From Raillietiella orientalis (lineage: Eukaryota), in contig JAYWIR010000025.1 in assembly GCA_036172245.1 (NCBI GenBank), forward strand, positions 930,001-994,000: DNA of 64,000 bases, given 5' to 3'. Numbering within the stretch: position 1 is the first letter of the stretch; the number at the start of each line of letters is the position of its first letter. The translations under genes and the position numbers were made by a program. A model generated the notes under the pieces. That model saw only the letters and a list, made by a program, of their open reading frames with translations. It did not search any database and was not told the origin of the DNA. This document shows, in pieces, positions 62,750-64,000 of this stretch.

Positions 62750-63900
62750 GAAGACAGTATGCATGAAAGACAACGGAAGGACATGAGCATGGGTGATGCC
62801 ATAGAAATGGAGATTTGAGAGCTGCTTGGAGTGCATGCACAGCGTTCCTTCAGTTCAAAAGGTATCACTTGAATGATTGAAGAACTGAAGGTGAGGAATG
62901 ATCAATGCAAAGTAGCAACACTTATCGAATGTCACACCCGTCCAAAATCACATTCCATTGACTGTTTTTTTCTTCTTTATGAGTGCATCAGTGATCAGCA
63001 ACAACTCCTTTTTCTTCAGAAGGCTGCTTCAGACACGATTCTAAAGTCTTGTAACAAATGTGCCATCATTACATTTGTCCACATGCCTTAACCTATTTTT
63101 ATTTTGGTAGACCCTTTTTTCACTGTGCTCATTCTCTAGTGATTGACCAACGTATTGGGAAGTTTAGATTTCGAGCTTTCGGATTTGGATTCTCTGACTT
63201 AGGAAAGAATGATAGCCATTTCATGGGACTGAGGCCAATTACACCCAATCCACGTATACAGGAATGTGACCAAAAATTGCTCTTAATGGAGAAAGGTTTC
63301 AAAGTTTTCCACCGGGAACACCCATGAAGAAGTTTCCTCTGTAGATGTTGAATGCAACAGAAAACCAGAGATGCAAATTTGCAGTCTTCTTCCTAAAGGG
63401 ATCTCTCCTCTTCCAGGTACTCAAGTGTTACACTCTGTTCTTCAGCCTTCTAGCAATCTCAATGAACATCCATCCTCAGATGAACACGTCTTCATTCAAG
63501 TGCCTATATGCACAAAATCTCACGCAAAGAACGACAGGCTGAAGTCTCAACGGAGAACATCCCATTTTAAAGGAAAAATCCTTCATTCTTGCATTGGCAA
63601 AAATCTTGTATTTTTTCACTGCCTAAGGCGTGATACTGGAATCCTTAGCAAGCCAGTAATTTAGCAGCACGTACATTGTCAATGCTAAGATCGAATTCCA
63701 GTAAGCGATGCCATGACTGTCAAGAAAAGCAACATCAGTCGAGGATCAAAATATTCTTCAACTGTCTTTCCTCTTTCCCCAAAGAACGGAACCCTATAAA
63801 GCAAGCAATTTTATTTCTTGACTGGTATATTGAGAATTTTCCCTCAGTTCTACCACTATCCACTGTTGACCGCATTACATCACCACACCTCGCACTTAAG
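62750..63900 (+). mobile_element. Possible DNA-transposon transposase relic (Sola-like?)
   Basis: FSDLGKNDSHF, PLPGTQVLHSV and RCHDC resemble the SDG..SxFKN / IPGTxxxH / CxxC motifs of one arthropod transposase group; superfamily assignment uncertain. Confidence 0.22.
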
Positions 63901-64000
63901 TTGATGATTCATCTCTGAAGAAGATTCGCAACCAAAGTCATCCAGGAACCCTGGTGTGTTGGAAGCTGGACCCGTAACACGAAACATCCTGGGAGTATGA

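Noticed and set aside
1..64000. CRISPR arrays, rRNA, hammerhead ribozymes, prokaryotic operons
   Set aside because: No regularly spaced repeats or rRNA-like sequence seen, and no complete CUGANGA...GAAA core found by eye. The window is intron-containing eukaryotic DNA. A covariance-model search was not possible.

Overview
This is eukaryotic genomic DNA, most likely from an arthropod judging by the Nep2-type protein; the species cannot be determined from the sequence. The only intact protein-coding gene I can support is a 13-exon neprilysin (peptidase M13, similar to Drosophila Nep2) on the + strand, 43134..59992. All its introns are GT-AG, the phases are consistent, and it encodes about 731 aa with intact [18 protein letters not shown] and CSVW motifs. 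The rest is largely decayed transposable elements, recognised only by short translated motifs: hAT, Ty3/gypsy integrase, LINE RT, a NeSL/Utopia-like RLE retrotransposon 3' end and Helitron Rep/Pif1. The most notable non-gene structure is a tRNA-Gly-like-headed retroposon (SINE-like, about 850 bp) with at least five copies, a hairpin-rich body, a conserved 3' stem-loop, an A-tail and a candidate TSD. Also seen are two templated inverted-duplication scars and sharp kb-scale GC-rich/AT-rich blocks that cut through the neprilysin gene. Most of the long GC-rich ORFs in the supplied track look non-coding. No CRISPR array, rRNA or intact tRNA was found. All TE calls are by eye from remembered consensus motifs, not from database searches.
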